A DNA stretch of 24,000 nt from contig NC_007181.1 in NCBI RefSeq assembly GCF_000012285.1, forward strand, positions 1,162,823-1,186,822, written 5' to 3'. The notes beneath the pieces were generated by a model. It worked only from the letters and a program-made list of their open reading frames with translations. It did no database searches and was not told where the DNA came from. The stretch comes from Sulfolobus acidocaldarius DSM 639 (GTDB lineage: Archaea; Thermoproteota; Thermoprotei_A; Sulfolobales; Sulfolobaceae). This document shows, in pieces, positions 1-7,909 of this stretch (within the stretch, counting starts at the first letter, position 1; each line of letters opens with the position of its first letter). The position numbers and the translations under genes are program-made.

Positions 1-210
1 TTCAAATCCGTCTCTTGGTTGATATAATATAGTGTAATCAACTAAGGAACCAGTACCTTTGCTAAATATTTTTTCTACATCCAAGGAACCGCAAACTTCA
101 CATATCTTCTGGTAAGGGAATTTTATATTCCCACATTTTTTACATTTACCTAATGCTAATCTATATAAAGTATCTTTTAGTCTCCAGCTTGTTGAAGGAC
201 TAATTTTCAT
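1..210 (-). CDS. DUF35-family Zn-ribbon/OB-fold protein, N-terminal 70 aa only (gene continues past the left edge)
   Basis: Absent from the ORF track because it is open at the edge. My translation of the reverse strand from ATG 210..208 gives MKISPSTSWRLKDTLYRLALGKCKKCGNIKFPYQKICEVCGSLDVEKIFSKGTGSLVDYTILYQPRDGFE. It has a CxxC-x11-CxxC ribbon. It starts 5 nt after the thiolase-fold gene stop, the position DUF35 takes in archaeal thiolase/HMGS clusters. Confidence 0.6.
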   Translation of the reverse strand, partial: MKISPSTSWRLKDTLYRLALGKCKKCGNIKFPYQKICEVCGSLDVEKIFSKGTGSLVDYTILYQPRDGFE

Positions 211-215
211 CCAAC

Positions 216-1310
216 TCACCTACTGAGAACAGCTAAATAAGAAGTATTTCCCAGATCATCATTTGAAAGAATTATTCCTTTTTCAGCGTTTGCACTCTTA
301 CCCTTAAACTGATTTGTCAAATGAAGGAATACCTCCCCTAACTGATATATTGCAGTTCCACCACCGATATAGCCACGTGCCTTTAATCCACCACTAAGGT
401 TAATGTCAAGAGAATCAACAACATCTAAACCTTTTCCTCTCTCTGCTAGCTTGAGCTCTTCAATTTCTAATGCAGCCATAATACTATAAGAATCGTGTAT
501 TTCGTATACAACATCTCTCTTTGGCAAATCCCCTAACTCGTTTCTAGCTTTAGCTACTGATGGTAATGAAGGATCAGATAGATTCATAGCTCCTATATTT
601 CCTACTATTCCATCAATCTTTACGGGAGAATCAAAATATCTCTTTGCTACTTCATCTGCAGTTACTAGGACTACTGAGGCACCGTCAGCTCTGGCACCTA
701 CATCAAATATTCTTAATGGATCTGAAACTATTTGAGAATTAACCACTGTGTTTTTGTCTACTTTAAATTTCAAATATGCTAAAGGATTTTCTGATGCGTT
801 TTGATGCATCTTTATAGGCCATTTAGTAAAATACTCATAATCTACGTTATATTTCTTCATATATCTCTTCATTAATAATGCACTATATGCATGAGGGGTT
901 ATTCCAACGTGGTATGTATAATCGTTATCTAGATTATATGAAAGATATTCATTTACATATTTGGACGGATAATCAGAGAACTTGTCTATTCCAATAAGTA
1001 ACACTTTTTTTGCAACTCCTGATTTAATGAACGAGTAAGCGGTTAATATCGATGCACCGCCATTATCTCCGTTCTCAATTCTCATAACTTTTGTGTTTTG
1101 AAGACCTAAACCAGATGATATCTTGTAAGATGAAAGAATATTTTTCCCTAATACGTCTATATATCCACTAGATACTATTACAATATCTGGCTGGTCATAC
1201 TCCTTAATCTTTGTAATTAGTTGTTTATAAGCCTCAGAAACGAGATCCTTTTCAGAAAGCTCATAATATCTATCTAGCTTAGTTAGTCCACAACCAACTA
1301 TTGATACCAC
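216..1310 (-). CDS. Thiolase-fold (SCP2-thiolase-like) protein; canonical catalytic Cys/His residues apparently missing
   Basis: 364-aa ORF with a GTG start overlapping the HMGS stop by 1 nt (TAGTG). Overall thiolase-like layout: SGGLKARG..GGGTAIYQLGE resembles the GGxxxxGHPxGATG loop, and EIHDSYS resembles HDCF. The only Cys is Cys7. Confidence 0.75.
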   Translation of the reverse strand: MVSIVGCGLTKLDRYYELSEKDLVSEAYKQLITKIKEYDQPDIVIVSSGYIDVLGKNILSSYKISSGLGLQNTKVMRIENGDNGGASILTAYSFIKSGVAKKVLLIGIDKFSDYPSKYVNEYLSYNLDNDYTYHVGITPHAYSALLMKRYMKKYNVDYEYFTKWPIKMHQNASENPLAYLKFKVDKNTVVNSQIVSDPLRIFDVGARADGASVVLVTADEVAKRYFDSPVKIDGIVGNIGAMNLSDPSLPSVAKARNELGDLPKRDVVYEIHDSYSIMAALEIEELKLAERGKGLDVVDSLDINLSGGLKARGYIGGGTAIYQLGEVFLHLTNQFKGKSANAEKGIILSNDDLGNTSYLAVLSR

Positions 1311-2356
1311 TATTCATACACCTTATATTTACCTGTCGTCTTTGCATATGTAGAATATGAAACAAGCACTTTTCTTTCAATATAATAATTAACCGTTGGT
1401 GCTAATTTTTGCTTTTCTAGAATCTTATCTGTAACTAATATGCTGAAAGCATCGCTGCCTGCACCACTACCGAAGGGTGCAACAAGAATCCTCTGACCTG
1501 GTTTGGCTATATCAAGAACCTTAGCCAAACCCAATAAAGCTGAGGCATTATAGGGATTTCCTATATAAGGAGAAACTAAACCATCTTTAACTTTATCCAT
1601 ACTAATTTCTAACTTTCTAGCTACTTGAAGAGGAAACTTGCCGTTAGGTTGATGGAAAACAAAGTAATCAAAATCAGATATCTTGTAGCCATTTTCCCTG
1701 AACAATAAGTTAACAGCTGACAATATATGATCGAAATATGCTGGTTCTCCAGTAAATCCCTCGCCATGCACTGGATAAGGCATGCCGTCTCTTCTCCAGA
1801 AGTCTGGTGTATCTGAGGTATATGAAACAGCTGCCTCTATAACTGCTCCAGCCTCATTCTCTGGACCGACGATATATGAGACAGATGCAGCAGCAGAACT
1901 TAACTCCAATACATCACCGGGATTAGACTGTGCTGTGTCACTCCCTATTACCAAGCCATATTTTATTTTAGAAGCTTCAACCATACCGCCAACCAGTCTC
2001 AACGCAGCCGATGCTCCCCTACAGGCAAATTCCATATCTGCACCTAAACTATCATTAGTTACTCCTAATGCGTCTATAAGAATTGTTGCAGTAGGCTTTA
2101 CCGCATATACTTTAGACTCAGATCCGAATAAAACAACGCCTATCTGAGAAGGATCGATATTTGCCCTTCTCAAAGCATTCTTTGATGACTCCCATGCCAT
2201 TGTTGTTGAATCTTCATCTACATCTGGGACTGCTTTTTCTGAGAGACCTAGGTTTTTAACAACCTGACTCTCTAATCCCCATAAATTAGCTATTTCGTTT
2301 ACATTTATTCTATATCTAGGAATATATGCACCCCATCCTACAATACCGCTTCGCAT
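1310..2356 (-). CDS. Hydroxymethylglutaryl-CoA synthase, archaeal type
   Basis: 348-aa ORF. Has the condensing-enzyme motifs GSESKVYA (Glu), [12 protein letters not shown] (nucleophilic Cys), [10 protein letters not shown] (His) and GNPYNAS. Clustered with thiolase-fold and DUF35 genes. Confidence 0.85.
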   Translation of the reverse strand: MRSGIVGWGAYIPRYRINVNEIANLWGLESQVVKNLGLSEKAVPDVDEDSTTMAWESSKNALRRANIDPSQIGVVLFGSESKVYAVKPTATILIDALGVTNDSLGADMEFACRGASAALRLVGGMVEASKIKYGLVIGSDTAQSNPGDVLELSSAAASVSYIVGPENEAGAVIEAAVSYTSDTPDFWRRDGMPYPVHGEGFTGEPAYFDHILSAVNLLFRENGYKISDFDYFVFHQPNGKFPLQVARKLEISMDKVKDGLVSPYIGNPYNASALLGLAKVLDIAKPGQRILVAPFGSGAGSDAFSILVTDKILEKQKLAPTVNYYIERKVLVSYSTYAKTTGKYKVYE

Positions 2357-2393
2357 GCTATCCTTATTATAACACTTATTAACGCATATAAAA

Positions 2394-2435
2394 TTTTCGA
2401 CACTTGTTGAAACCTATATAGTCAATTGTCGAAAA
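2394..2435. repeat. Perfect 9-bp inverted repeat TTTTCGACA-N24-TGTCGAAAA bracketing CCTATATAG
   Basis: Read directly: ttttcgaca at 2394..2402 and tgtcgaaaa at 2427..2435 are exact reverse complements. A TATA-like cctatatag (2413..2421) lies between them. The left arm abuts the TATA-like TTTTATATG (minus strand, about 2384..2392) upstream of HMGS. Confidence 0.6.
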
Positions 2436-2467
2436 ACTAATTAGGGAAATTGGTTACAAATAGGTAG

Positions 2468-2515
2468 ATGATGAAATTAAAAAAAGAGATCGATGATCAA
2501 CTCAGCTCACTCTGA
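2468..2515 (+). ncRNA. Candidate C/D box sRNA (weak), antisense to the 3' end of the decarboxylase gene
   Basis: Layout: AUGAUGA (2468..2474), 12 nt, AGAU (poor D'), CG, AUGAUCA (2493..2499, C' with one mismatch), exactly 12 nt (ACUCAGCUCACU), CUGA (2512..2515). Spacings are canonical, but D' is poor, the first guide is A-rich and there is no clear terminal stem. Confidence 0.3.
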
Positions 2516-2899
2516 ACTTCTATCTGCGAAAAACATTTGATGACGTTTAGGTTTTAAATTAGATACAATAAACTCAAAGGCAGCTTGAGGATTACTGTCA
2601 ACTCCGCATGTATAGACGTCTAGTGTTGCATATTTATATTCGTTCCATGTATGTAGAGCGATATGACTCTCCTCTACTAGGGCTATTACAGATACCCCAC
2701 CCTTCTTGCCACCAAAACTCCATGACTTTATCTCTACTAGGTTCATTTTAGCTATTTTAACAGCTTCTAAAACTAATCCTTCTAGAAGATCCTTATCCAT
2801 AAGCAACTTATCATCGATATCATATAAGTTTCCGAAAACGTGCTTACCTACTATTCTATCCTGATTAGAGGGGGTTTGAGAAGAAAGTTGTTGTGACAT
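2507..2899 (-). CDS. Pyruvoyl-dependent decarboxylase proenzyme of the AdoMetDC (SpeH) fold; either S-adenosylmethionine decarboxylase or the crenarchaeal arginine decarboxylase paralogue
   Basis: 130-aa ORF with the self-processing motif [11 protein letters not shown] (predicted Glu77|Ser78 cleavage, codon 2666..2668), then [10 protein letters not shown]. Both are typical of small archaeal/bacterial SpeH proenzymes. Confidence 0.8.
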   Translation of the reverse strand: MSQQLSSQTPSNQDRIVGKHVFGNLYDIDDKLLMDKDLLEGLVLEAVKIAKMNLVEIKSWSFGGKKGGVSVIALVEESHIALHTWNEYKYATLDVYTCGVDSNPQAAFEFIVSNLKPKRHQMFFADRSSE

Positions 2900-3008
2900 C
2901 TCCTTTTCTATTACCCTCCATCACCACTTGTACAGAATGAGATATATAAAGTAAACTATTCCTGTTATCCTTTGAAATAAACTAATATACGAGAATGTAA
3001 TATGGCTC

Positions 3009-3851
3009 ATGATGGCTAATAAATACCTTATTGCACTTGGAATAATCATACTCGTTTTAGTATCTATAGGAGTACTCTTCTATACCCAGAATAGAGATAT
3101 AGTAGTTTATCCAGAGATTTACAGCTTTAGCCTTAACTACAATACGGGAAATGTAACATACGTTTTCTACGTTAATGGAGTAAATAATGGATTATTCTCA
3201 ACCACATTGAATATAACCCTTTACGTCCAGGCTGCAACCTTAAGCCAAACTAATAACGTTTCACATTACGTATACAAGAACTATCAAAAAAGTGTTACAT
3301 TATCACTACAATCACACTCTTCTGAAGGAGCTTTTGTAGCAGTTACTATTCCTGTTAACTATCAGATAACCGATGTAGGAATATACGGAACTGGTAGTTT
3401 TAATTATGCTTTGCAATACAAGCCAAATAGTACTTTAGCTTCTCAACTGTTCGCATATGAACAATTAGCTAGCCGTTTTCAGACTCCTTCATCAGCTTAC
3501 TCAACTACTACAAATGCCAGTATTAAACCAATAAAAGGAGTCGCATATGGAATTCAGCAAAGTCCAGTTTATTTTACCTATTATGTTAAGAATAACACTG
3601 TAATTAGAGTTAATTACTTCTTCCTTAATGCAAGCCTATTAAAAATACAGCCTGGTGAGTACACTGTTAAGGTTTATGCTAATAACACTCTAATTAATCA
3701 AACACAAATAACCTTAAACCCTAAGCAAATTTCTATTGTATTATTTCCATTATCCTATCAATCAACATCTGAGAAGTATGATATTTCAGTATACCTTTAT
3801 AACGACTCAGTTACTTATTACTTTTATTTCGAGGATCTGGAATTAGGGTAA
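3009..3851 (+). CDS. Membrane-anchored extracellular protein of unknown function, N-glycosylation sequon rich
   Basis: 280-aa ORF with an N-terminal hydrophobic anchor (YLIALGIIILVLVSIGVLFY). The rest is a beta-rich Ser/Thr/Asn/Tyr-rich domain with about 10 N-x-S/T sequons (NVT, NIT, NVS, NST, NAS, NNT, NAS, NNT, NQT, NDS). An AT-rich TATA-like ACTAATATAC lies about 25 nt upstream of the ATG. Confidence 0.6.
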   Translation: MMANKYLIALGIIILVLVSIGVLFYTQNRDIVVYPEIYSFSLNYNTGNVTYVFYVNGVNNGLFSTTLNITLYVQAATLSQTNNVSHYVYKNYQKSVTLSLQSHSSEGAFVAVTIPVNYQITDVGIYGTGSFNYALQYKPNSTLASQLFAYEQLASRFQTPSSAYSTTTNASIKPIKGVAYGIQQSPVYFTYYVKNNTVIRVNYFFLNASLLKIQPGEYTVKVYANNTLINQTQITLNPKQISIVLFPLSYQSTSEKYDISVYLYNDSVTYYFYFEDLELG

Positions 3852-3964
3852 ATATTAACCTTTATTTTGACCCTTTAATCAAGAATATCATTACAGGAAA
3901 AGTATAATTAACTCAATAAATCCCCAAAATTTTCCTCACATAATTATAAGTCAGATTAGCGATA

Positions 3965-3977
3965 AAAGTTTATAAGC
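3965..3977 (+). promoter_or_regulatory. tRNA promoter (TATA box AAAGTTTATAAGC)
   Basis: The TTATAA core is centred about 26 nt upstream of tRNA position 1 (3999). The same 10-mer GTTTATAAGC recurs upstream of the C/D sRNA at 12759..12750. Confidence 0.6.
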
Positions 3978-3998
3978 ATGATATTCCAAAATAAAATC

Positions 3999-4093
<95 letters not shown>

Positions 4094-4101
4094 CTGAAGA
4101 A

Positions 4102-4106
4102 TTTTT
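4102..4106 (+). terminator. Oligo-T tract downstream of the tRNA
   Basis: TTTTT lies 9 nt after the tRNA 3' end. Archaeal RNA polymerase terminates at T-runs. Confidence 0.4.
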
Positions 4107-4170
4107 CATCATTTCTAGCTTCACGTTGCATATATTGAGGTATAAATTACTGATAGACATAGAAAATTAC

Positions 4171-4196
4171 ATGAATAAGTTTAATTGCTTATTCAT
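4171..4196. repeat. Perfect 9-bp palindrome/hairpin ATGAATAAG-N8-CTTATTCAT
   Basis: Read directly: 4171..4179 and 4188..4196 are exact reverse complements. It lies between the tRNA and the 4261 gene. Confidence 0.5.
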
Positions 4197-4260
4197 ACCT
4201 TAAAGCATTAGAAGAAATTATTTAATATTCTGCCCCGATCTAATAAATGCTGAATTCAAG

Positions 4261-4794
4261 TTGAAGGCGACTGTGACATATTATAAACCAGAAGAGATTC
4301 CGATTGTCCCAGGTCTTGTTGGAATTAAAGTGATAAAGGTTCAAGAAGAACAAATAGAGTATAGAAAGGAAGAAGAATTGGAAAATATTGAACGTGAAAA
4401 TTTGATAGTATATATCGTTAGTAATAATGGGCTAAGAGTAGTAAACGGGCTAAAAAGTAAATACGCATTACCTGAGCCCCTTAAACTGCTACGAATTGGT
4501 GTACCAAAAGAAGTTAACTCTGAAAATATTACGTTTGAATACGTAACATTTTTCGATAAGGATTACGTATTAATAGGTTTTTATACTACTTATGAATTCG
4601 ACAAACCTTTTGTTGTGTTAGAGTTTGAGAAAAATCAGACTAAAATAATTTCAAAGAGCGAGAACGATAGAGCAGAAGTAGTCACAAACCAAAAAGTTAA
4701 GAAAAAAACCAGTAAGAAAAAGAAGAGAAAGAAAAGTGCTAAGAAGTCTAGTTCTAAACGAAAAATTAAGGGCAAGAGTACTAGAAAGAGCTGA
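4261..4794 (+). CDS. Hypothetical protein with a polybasic C-terminal tail
   Basis: 177-aa ORF with a TTG start and no motif I recognise. The last 40 aa are Lys/Arg/Ser rich ([31 protein letters not shown]). It overlaps the next gene by 59 nt. Confidence 0.5.
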   Translation: MKATVTYYKPEEIPIVPGLVGIKVIKVQEEQIEYRKEEELENIERENLIVYIVSNNGLRVVNGLKSKYALPEPLKLLRIGVPKEVNSENITFEYVTFFDKDYVLIGFYTTYEFDKPFVVLEFEKNQTKIISKSENDRAEVVTNQKVKKKTSKKKKRKKSAKKSSSKRKIKGKSTRKS

Positions 4795-5347
4795 AGAATT
4801 CCTGCTAAATAACAAAGCAGACGAAGAAGTATGGTTTAGAGAACTAGTACTATGTATATTAACGTCTAATTCCTCATTTATCTCAGCTTACAAATCAATG
4901 AACTATATACTTGATAAAATATTGTATATGGACGAGAAAGAAATATCTATTCTTCTCCAGGAATCTGGATACAGGTTTTATAACTTAAAAGCTAAGTACC
5001 TTTACCGAGCAAAGAACCTTTATGGTAAAGTTAAGAAAACTATCAAAGAAATAGCAGACAAAGACCAAATGCAAGCACGAGAGTTTATTGCAACCCATAT
5101 ATATGGTATAGGCTATAAAGAGGCTAGCCATTTTTTAAGAAACGTCGGTTATCTAGATCTTGCAATAATAGATAGGCATATTCTTAGGTTTATTAACAAC
5201 TTAGGAATACCTATAAAACTGAAAAGTAAGAGGGAATACTTACTAGCAGAAAGTTTACTTAGAAGCATTGCAAATAATCTTAATGTTCAAGTGGGTTTGT
5301 TGGATTTATTTATATTTTTCAAACAAACTAATACTATCGTAAAATAG
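4736..5347 (+). CDS. ogg: 8-oxoguanine DNA glycosylase/AP lyase, archaeal Ogg2 type (HhH-GPD superfamily)
   Basis: 203-aa ORF with a GTG start. The helix-hairpin-helix plus catalytic Lys/Asp block [31 protein letters not shown] is nearly identical to my recollection of the Methanocaldococcus Ogg motif. The N-terminal [16 protein letters not shown] is also conserved in that family. Confidence 0.85.
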   Translation: MLRSLVLNEKLRARVLERAEEFLLNNKADEEVWFRELVLCILTSNSSFISAYKSMNYILDKILYMDEKEISILLQESGYRFYNLKAKYLYRAKNLYGKVKKTIKEIADKDQMQAREFIATHIYGIGYKEASHFLRNVGYLDLAIIDRHILRFINNLGIPIKLKSKREYLLAESLLRSIANNLNVQVGLLDLFIFFKQTNTIVK

Positions 5348-5551
5348 AACAAAAAAGTATAAAAAGGAGTATAAATGATTAGTTGTGAAACAAAAATGCT
5401 AAGACGTGAAAATTTCAATCGTCTTGCAGTTGAATTAAAAGTTGAAAATTCTCTTATAGATTTATTTTTACTTGTAGCTTCTGTTTCTTGTTCATCATCA
5501 ATCTCATCATGTTAAACACTATTTGATAATTCTTGAATGGGTGGGAAGACT

Positions 5552-6484
5552 ATGCAAGTCAAGATACTAATAACAGACCCTATAAGTGAAATTCTCATAA
5601 ATAAATTAACAAAATATAATATCAAAATAGATTATAGACCCGATATATCAAAGGAGGAATTACAAAAAATAATTTATGATTATGATGTGATAGTAGTAAG
5701 AAGTAGAACCAGAGTAGATAAAGAATTAATAGAGAAAGGTAAGAAATTAAAAGTAATTGCAAGGGCTGGTATAGGAGTAGATAATATAGATACTGAAGAA
5801 GCTGAAAAAAGAAATATAAGAGTTGTATACGCACCAGGGACATCTACTGATTCTGCTGCAGAGTTAACAATAGGACTAATGATAGCAGCAGCAAGAAACT
5901 TATATAATGCTATAAATTTAGCAAAAACAGGCGTATTCAAGAAAATTGAAGGAGTAGAACTTGCTGGCAAGACAATAGGAATTATAGGGTTTGGAAGGAT
6001 CGGAAGTAAAGTAGCTACCGTTGCCAACGCTCTCGGAATGAAAGTACTAGCTTATGATATACTCGATATTAAGGAGAGAGCTCTGAAGATGGGAGCAGAA
6101 CCTTGTACTTTAGATGATATGTTACCAAGAGCCGATATAATAACACTTCATGTAACTGTAGGTAAAGAAACAAAGTATATTTTAGATAGGGAACAATTTG
6201 AGAAAATGAAAAACAACGTTATTATAGTTAACACCAGTAGAGCAGCTGTGGTAAACGGAAAGATATTACTTGAATTTATCAGAAAGGGAAAAATATTCGC
6301 ATACGCTACCGACGTATTCTGGAATGAGCCTCCTAAAGAAGAATGGGAATATGAATTACTTAGACATGAGAGAGTAATAGTCACTCCTCATATTGGAGCA
6401 CAGACTAAAGAAGCTCAAGATAGAGTGGCAGAAGTTACCGCACAAAATCTCATAAATGTGATGAAAGAGATGAGGTTGATTTAA
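5552..6484 (+). CDS. D-isomer-specific 2-hydroxyacid dehydrogenase, short SerA-like (3-phosphoglycerate dehydrogenase or hydroxypyruvate/glyoxylate reductase), no ACT domain
   Basis: The ORF track starts at 5537. I prefer ATG 5552 (MQVKILITD), which has GGTGGG just upstream and an AT-rich box TATTTGATAATT about 26 nt upstream. Has the NAD fold [13 protein letters not shown] and the catalytic Arg/Glu/His contexts [15 protein letters not shown] and TPHIGAQT. Confidence 0.8.
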   Translation: MQVKILITDPISEILINKLTKYNIKIDYRPDISKEELQKIIYDYDVIVVRSRTRVDKELIEKGKKLKVIARAGIGVDNIDTEEAEKRNIRVVYAPGTSTDSAAELTIGLMIAAARNLYNAINLAKTGVFKKIEGVELAGKTIGIIGFGRIGSKVATVANALGMKVLAYDILDIKERALKMGAEPCTLDDMLPRADIITLHVTVGKETKYILDREQFEKMKNNVIIVNTSRAAVVNGKILLEFIRKGKIFAYATDVFWNEPPKEEWEYELLRHERVIVTPHIGAQTKEAQDRVAEVTAQNLINVMKEMRLI

Positions 6485-6485
6485 A

Positions 6486-7601
6486 ATGTTATTAATACCA
6501 GGACCTGTAGAGGTTCCAAAAAGCGTTCTGGCTGCAACTAGCCTAGTAATAGACCATCGAGGGAATAAATTCAAAGATATAGTTAATAGACTTGAAAAAC
6601 TTATGATTAAACATTTCTCTTCTAAGAGAGTAGCTCTTCTTACAGGTTCAGGCACACTTGCAGTTGAAGCTATGGTTTATTCATTTACTAAAAGAGGTGA
6701 AAAAGTACTAGCACTTTCTTATGGCGAGTTTGGACGAAGACTTGCAGAGTCCATAAAGAGAAGGGGAGCAACATTAAGACTCTACGATAAACCTATGGGA
6801 CACTCCTTTTCACTGGAAGAAGTAAAACAGATTATAGAAGAAAATAAAGATGTTACCACAGTAGCACTAGTGCATAATGAGACTAGTACAGGAATTGCAC
6901 TGAGAAACTTAGAGGAAATAAGTAGGTTCATTAAAAACAAGGGATTAAAACTAATAGTAGACTCTGTATCTGGCTTTGCTGCCTATCAATTAATGGTTAA
7001 TGAATGGAAAATTGATGCTGTTGCGACTGGTAGTCAAAAAGCTCTAGCATCGGTACCTGGATTGGGCTTTGTAGCAGTATCTAGAGATGGCTTAAACGAA
7101 ATGGTGAATGAAGATTTGCCAACATATTTAGACGTATCATTACATTTGAAGTTTCAAGACAAATACGAAACACCATTTACCCCTGCAACAGGAGTATTTA
7201 ACGCTACGTTAAGAGCTGCAGAATTACTTGAGTTAGAAGGAGTAGAACGAAGATGGAAAAGGCATGAGGCTTGTACTAAATATGTAAGAGATGCACTATC
7301 ATACTTTGGTTTCAGTCTATTAGGTAACGAGAATAACTTTTCTAATACAGTTGTAGCAGCAATTCCGCCTATAAAGGATTATAGAGCTAAATTAAAGGAG
7401 TTTAATGTCGAAATAGCAGGAGGTATGGGAGAACTTAGAGATAAAGTTGTTAGAATAGGTCTTTTAGGTATAGTTGATGATAGAGCTGTTATGAAGCTAA
7501 TAGGAATAACAGCAAGAATGTTTCACAGTCAATATGAAAAAGAGCCTCCATTAGAATGTAAACTTCCAGAAGAATTAAGAGAAGAGATTGAATGGAGTTA
7601 A
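6486..7601 (+). CDS. Class V pyridoxal-phosphate aminotransferase (phosphoserine or serine-glyoxylate/pyruvate aminotransferase type)
   Basis: 371-aa ORF starting 1 nt after the upstream stop. Motifs: [14 protein letters not shown], and the PLP-lysine context [14 protein letters not shown]. Confidence 0.8.
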   Translation: MLLIPGPVEVPKSVLAATSLVIDHRGNKFKDIVNRLEKLMIKHFSSKRVALLTGSGTLAVEAMVYSFTKRGEKVLALSYGEFGRRLAESIKRRGATLRLYDKPMGHSFSLEEVKQIIEENKDVTTVALVHNETSTGIALRNLEEISRFIKNKGLKLIVDSVSGFAAYQLMVNEWKIDAVATGSQKALASVPGLGFVAVSRDGLNEMVNEDLPTYLDVSLHLKFQDKYETPFTPATGVFNATLRAAELLELEGVERRWKRHEACTKYVRDALSYFGFSLLGNENNFSNTVVAAIPPIKDYRAKLKEFNVEIAGGMGELRDKVVRIGLLGIVDDRAVMKLIGITARMFHSQYEKEPPLECKLPEELREEIEWS

Positions 7602-7633
7602 TCTTTTTTCCTGAAGTTTAATATGTAGCATGT

Positions 7634-7903
7634 ATGACAATAGACAAGATTAACGAAATATTTAAAGAAAATTGGAAAAATAAATTAACAAAATATGAAA
7701 TTGCAAGAATAATAAGTGCGCGCGCATTACAATTATCTATGGGAGCCTTACCACTGATAGATACTTCTAACCTAAAATCTGATGACGTAATAAGTATAGC
7801 TGAGGAGGAATTAAAAAGAGGAGTTCTTCCGATAACTATAAGGAGAATTTATCCCAACGGGCAGGTTGAACTTATAAGTGTAAGAAAAATAGAGAACAGA
7901 TAA
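7634..7903 (+). CDS. rpoK: DNA-directed RNA polymerase subunit K (Rpb6/omega homologue)
   Basis: 89-aa ORF with the conserved core [19 protein letters not shown] and ending ..LPITIRR. Confidence 0.85.
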
Positions 7904-7909
7904 ATACAA

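Noticed and set aside
1782-2147. 121-aa plus-strand ORF inside the HMG-CoA synthase gene
   Set aside because: Antisense shadow of a well-supported gene. The composition is low-complexity Ser/Ala/Pro/Thr and there is no start context.
5490-5515. Tandem AUGAUGA / UGAUGAUGA on the minus strand in the 5348..5536 gap
   Set aside because: No CUGA box D or D' anywhere downstream on that strand, so it is not a C/D sRNA.
5622-6655. Four minus-strand ORFs (5622..5843, 5680..6027, 6148..6384, 6356..6655)
   Set aside because: All are antisense to the dehydrogenase and aminotransferase genes. They are Leu/Ser/Ile-rich low-complexity translations typical of shadows in AT-rich DNA.
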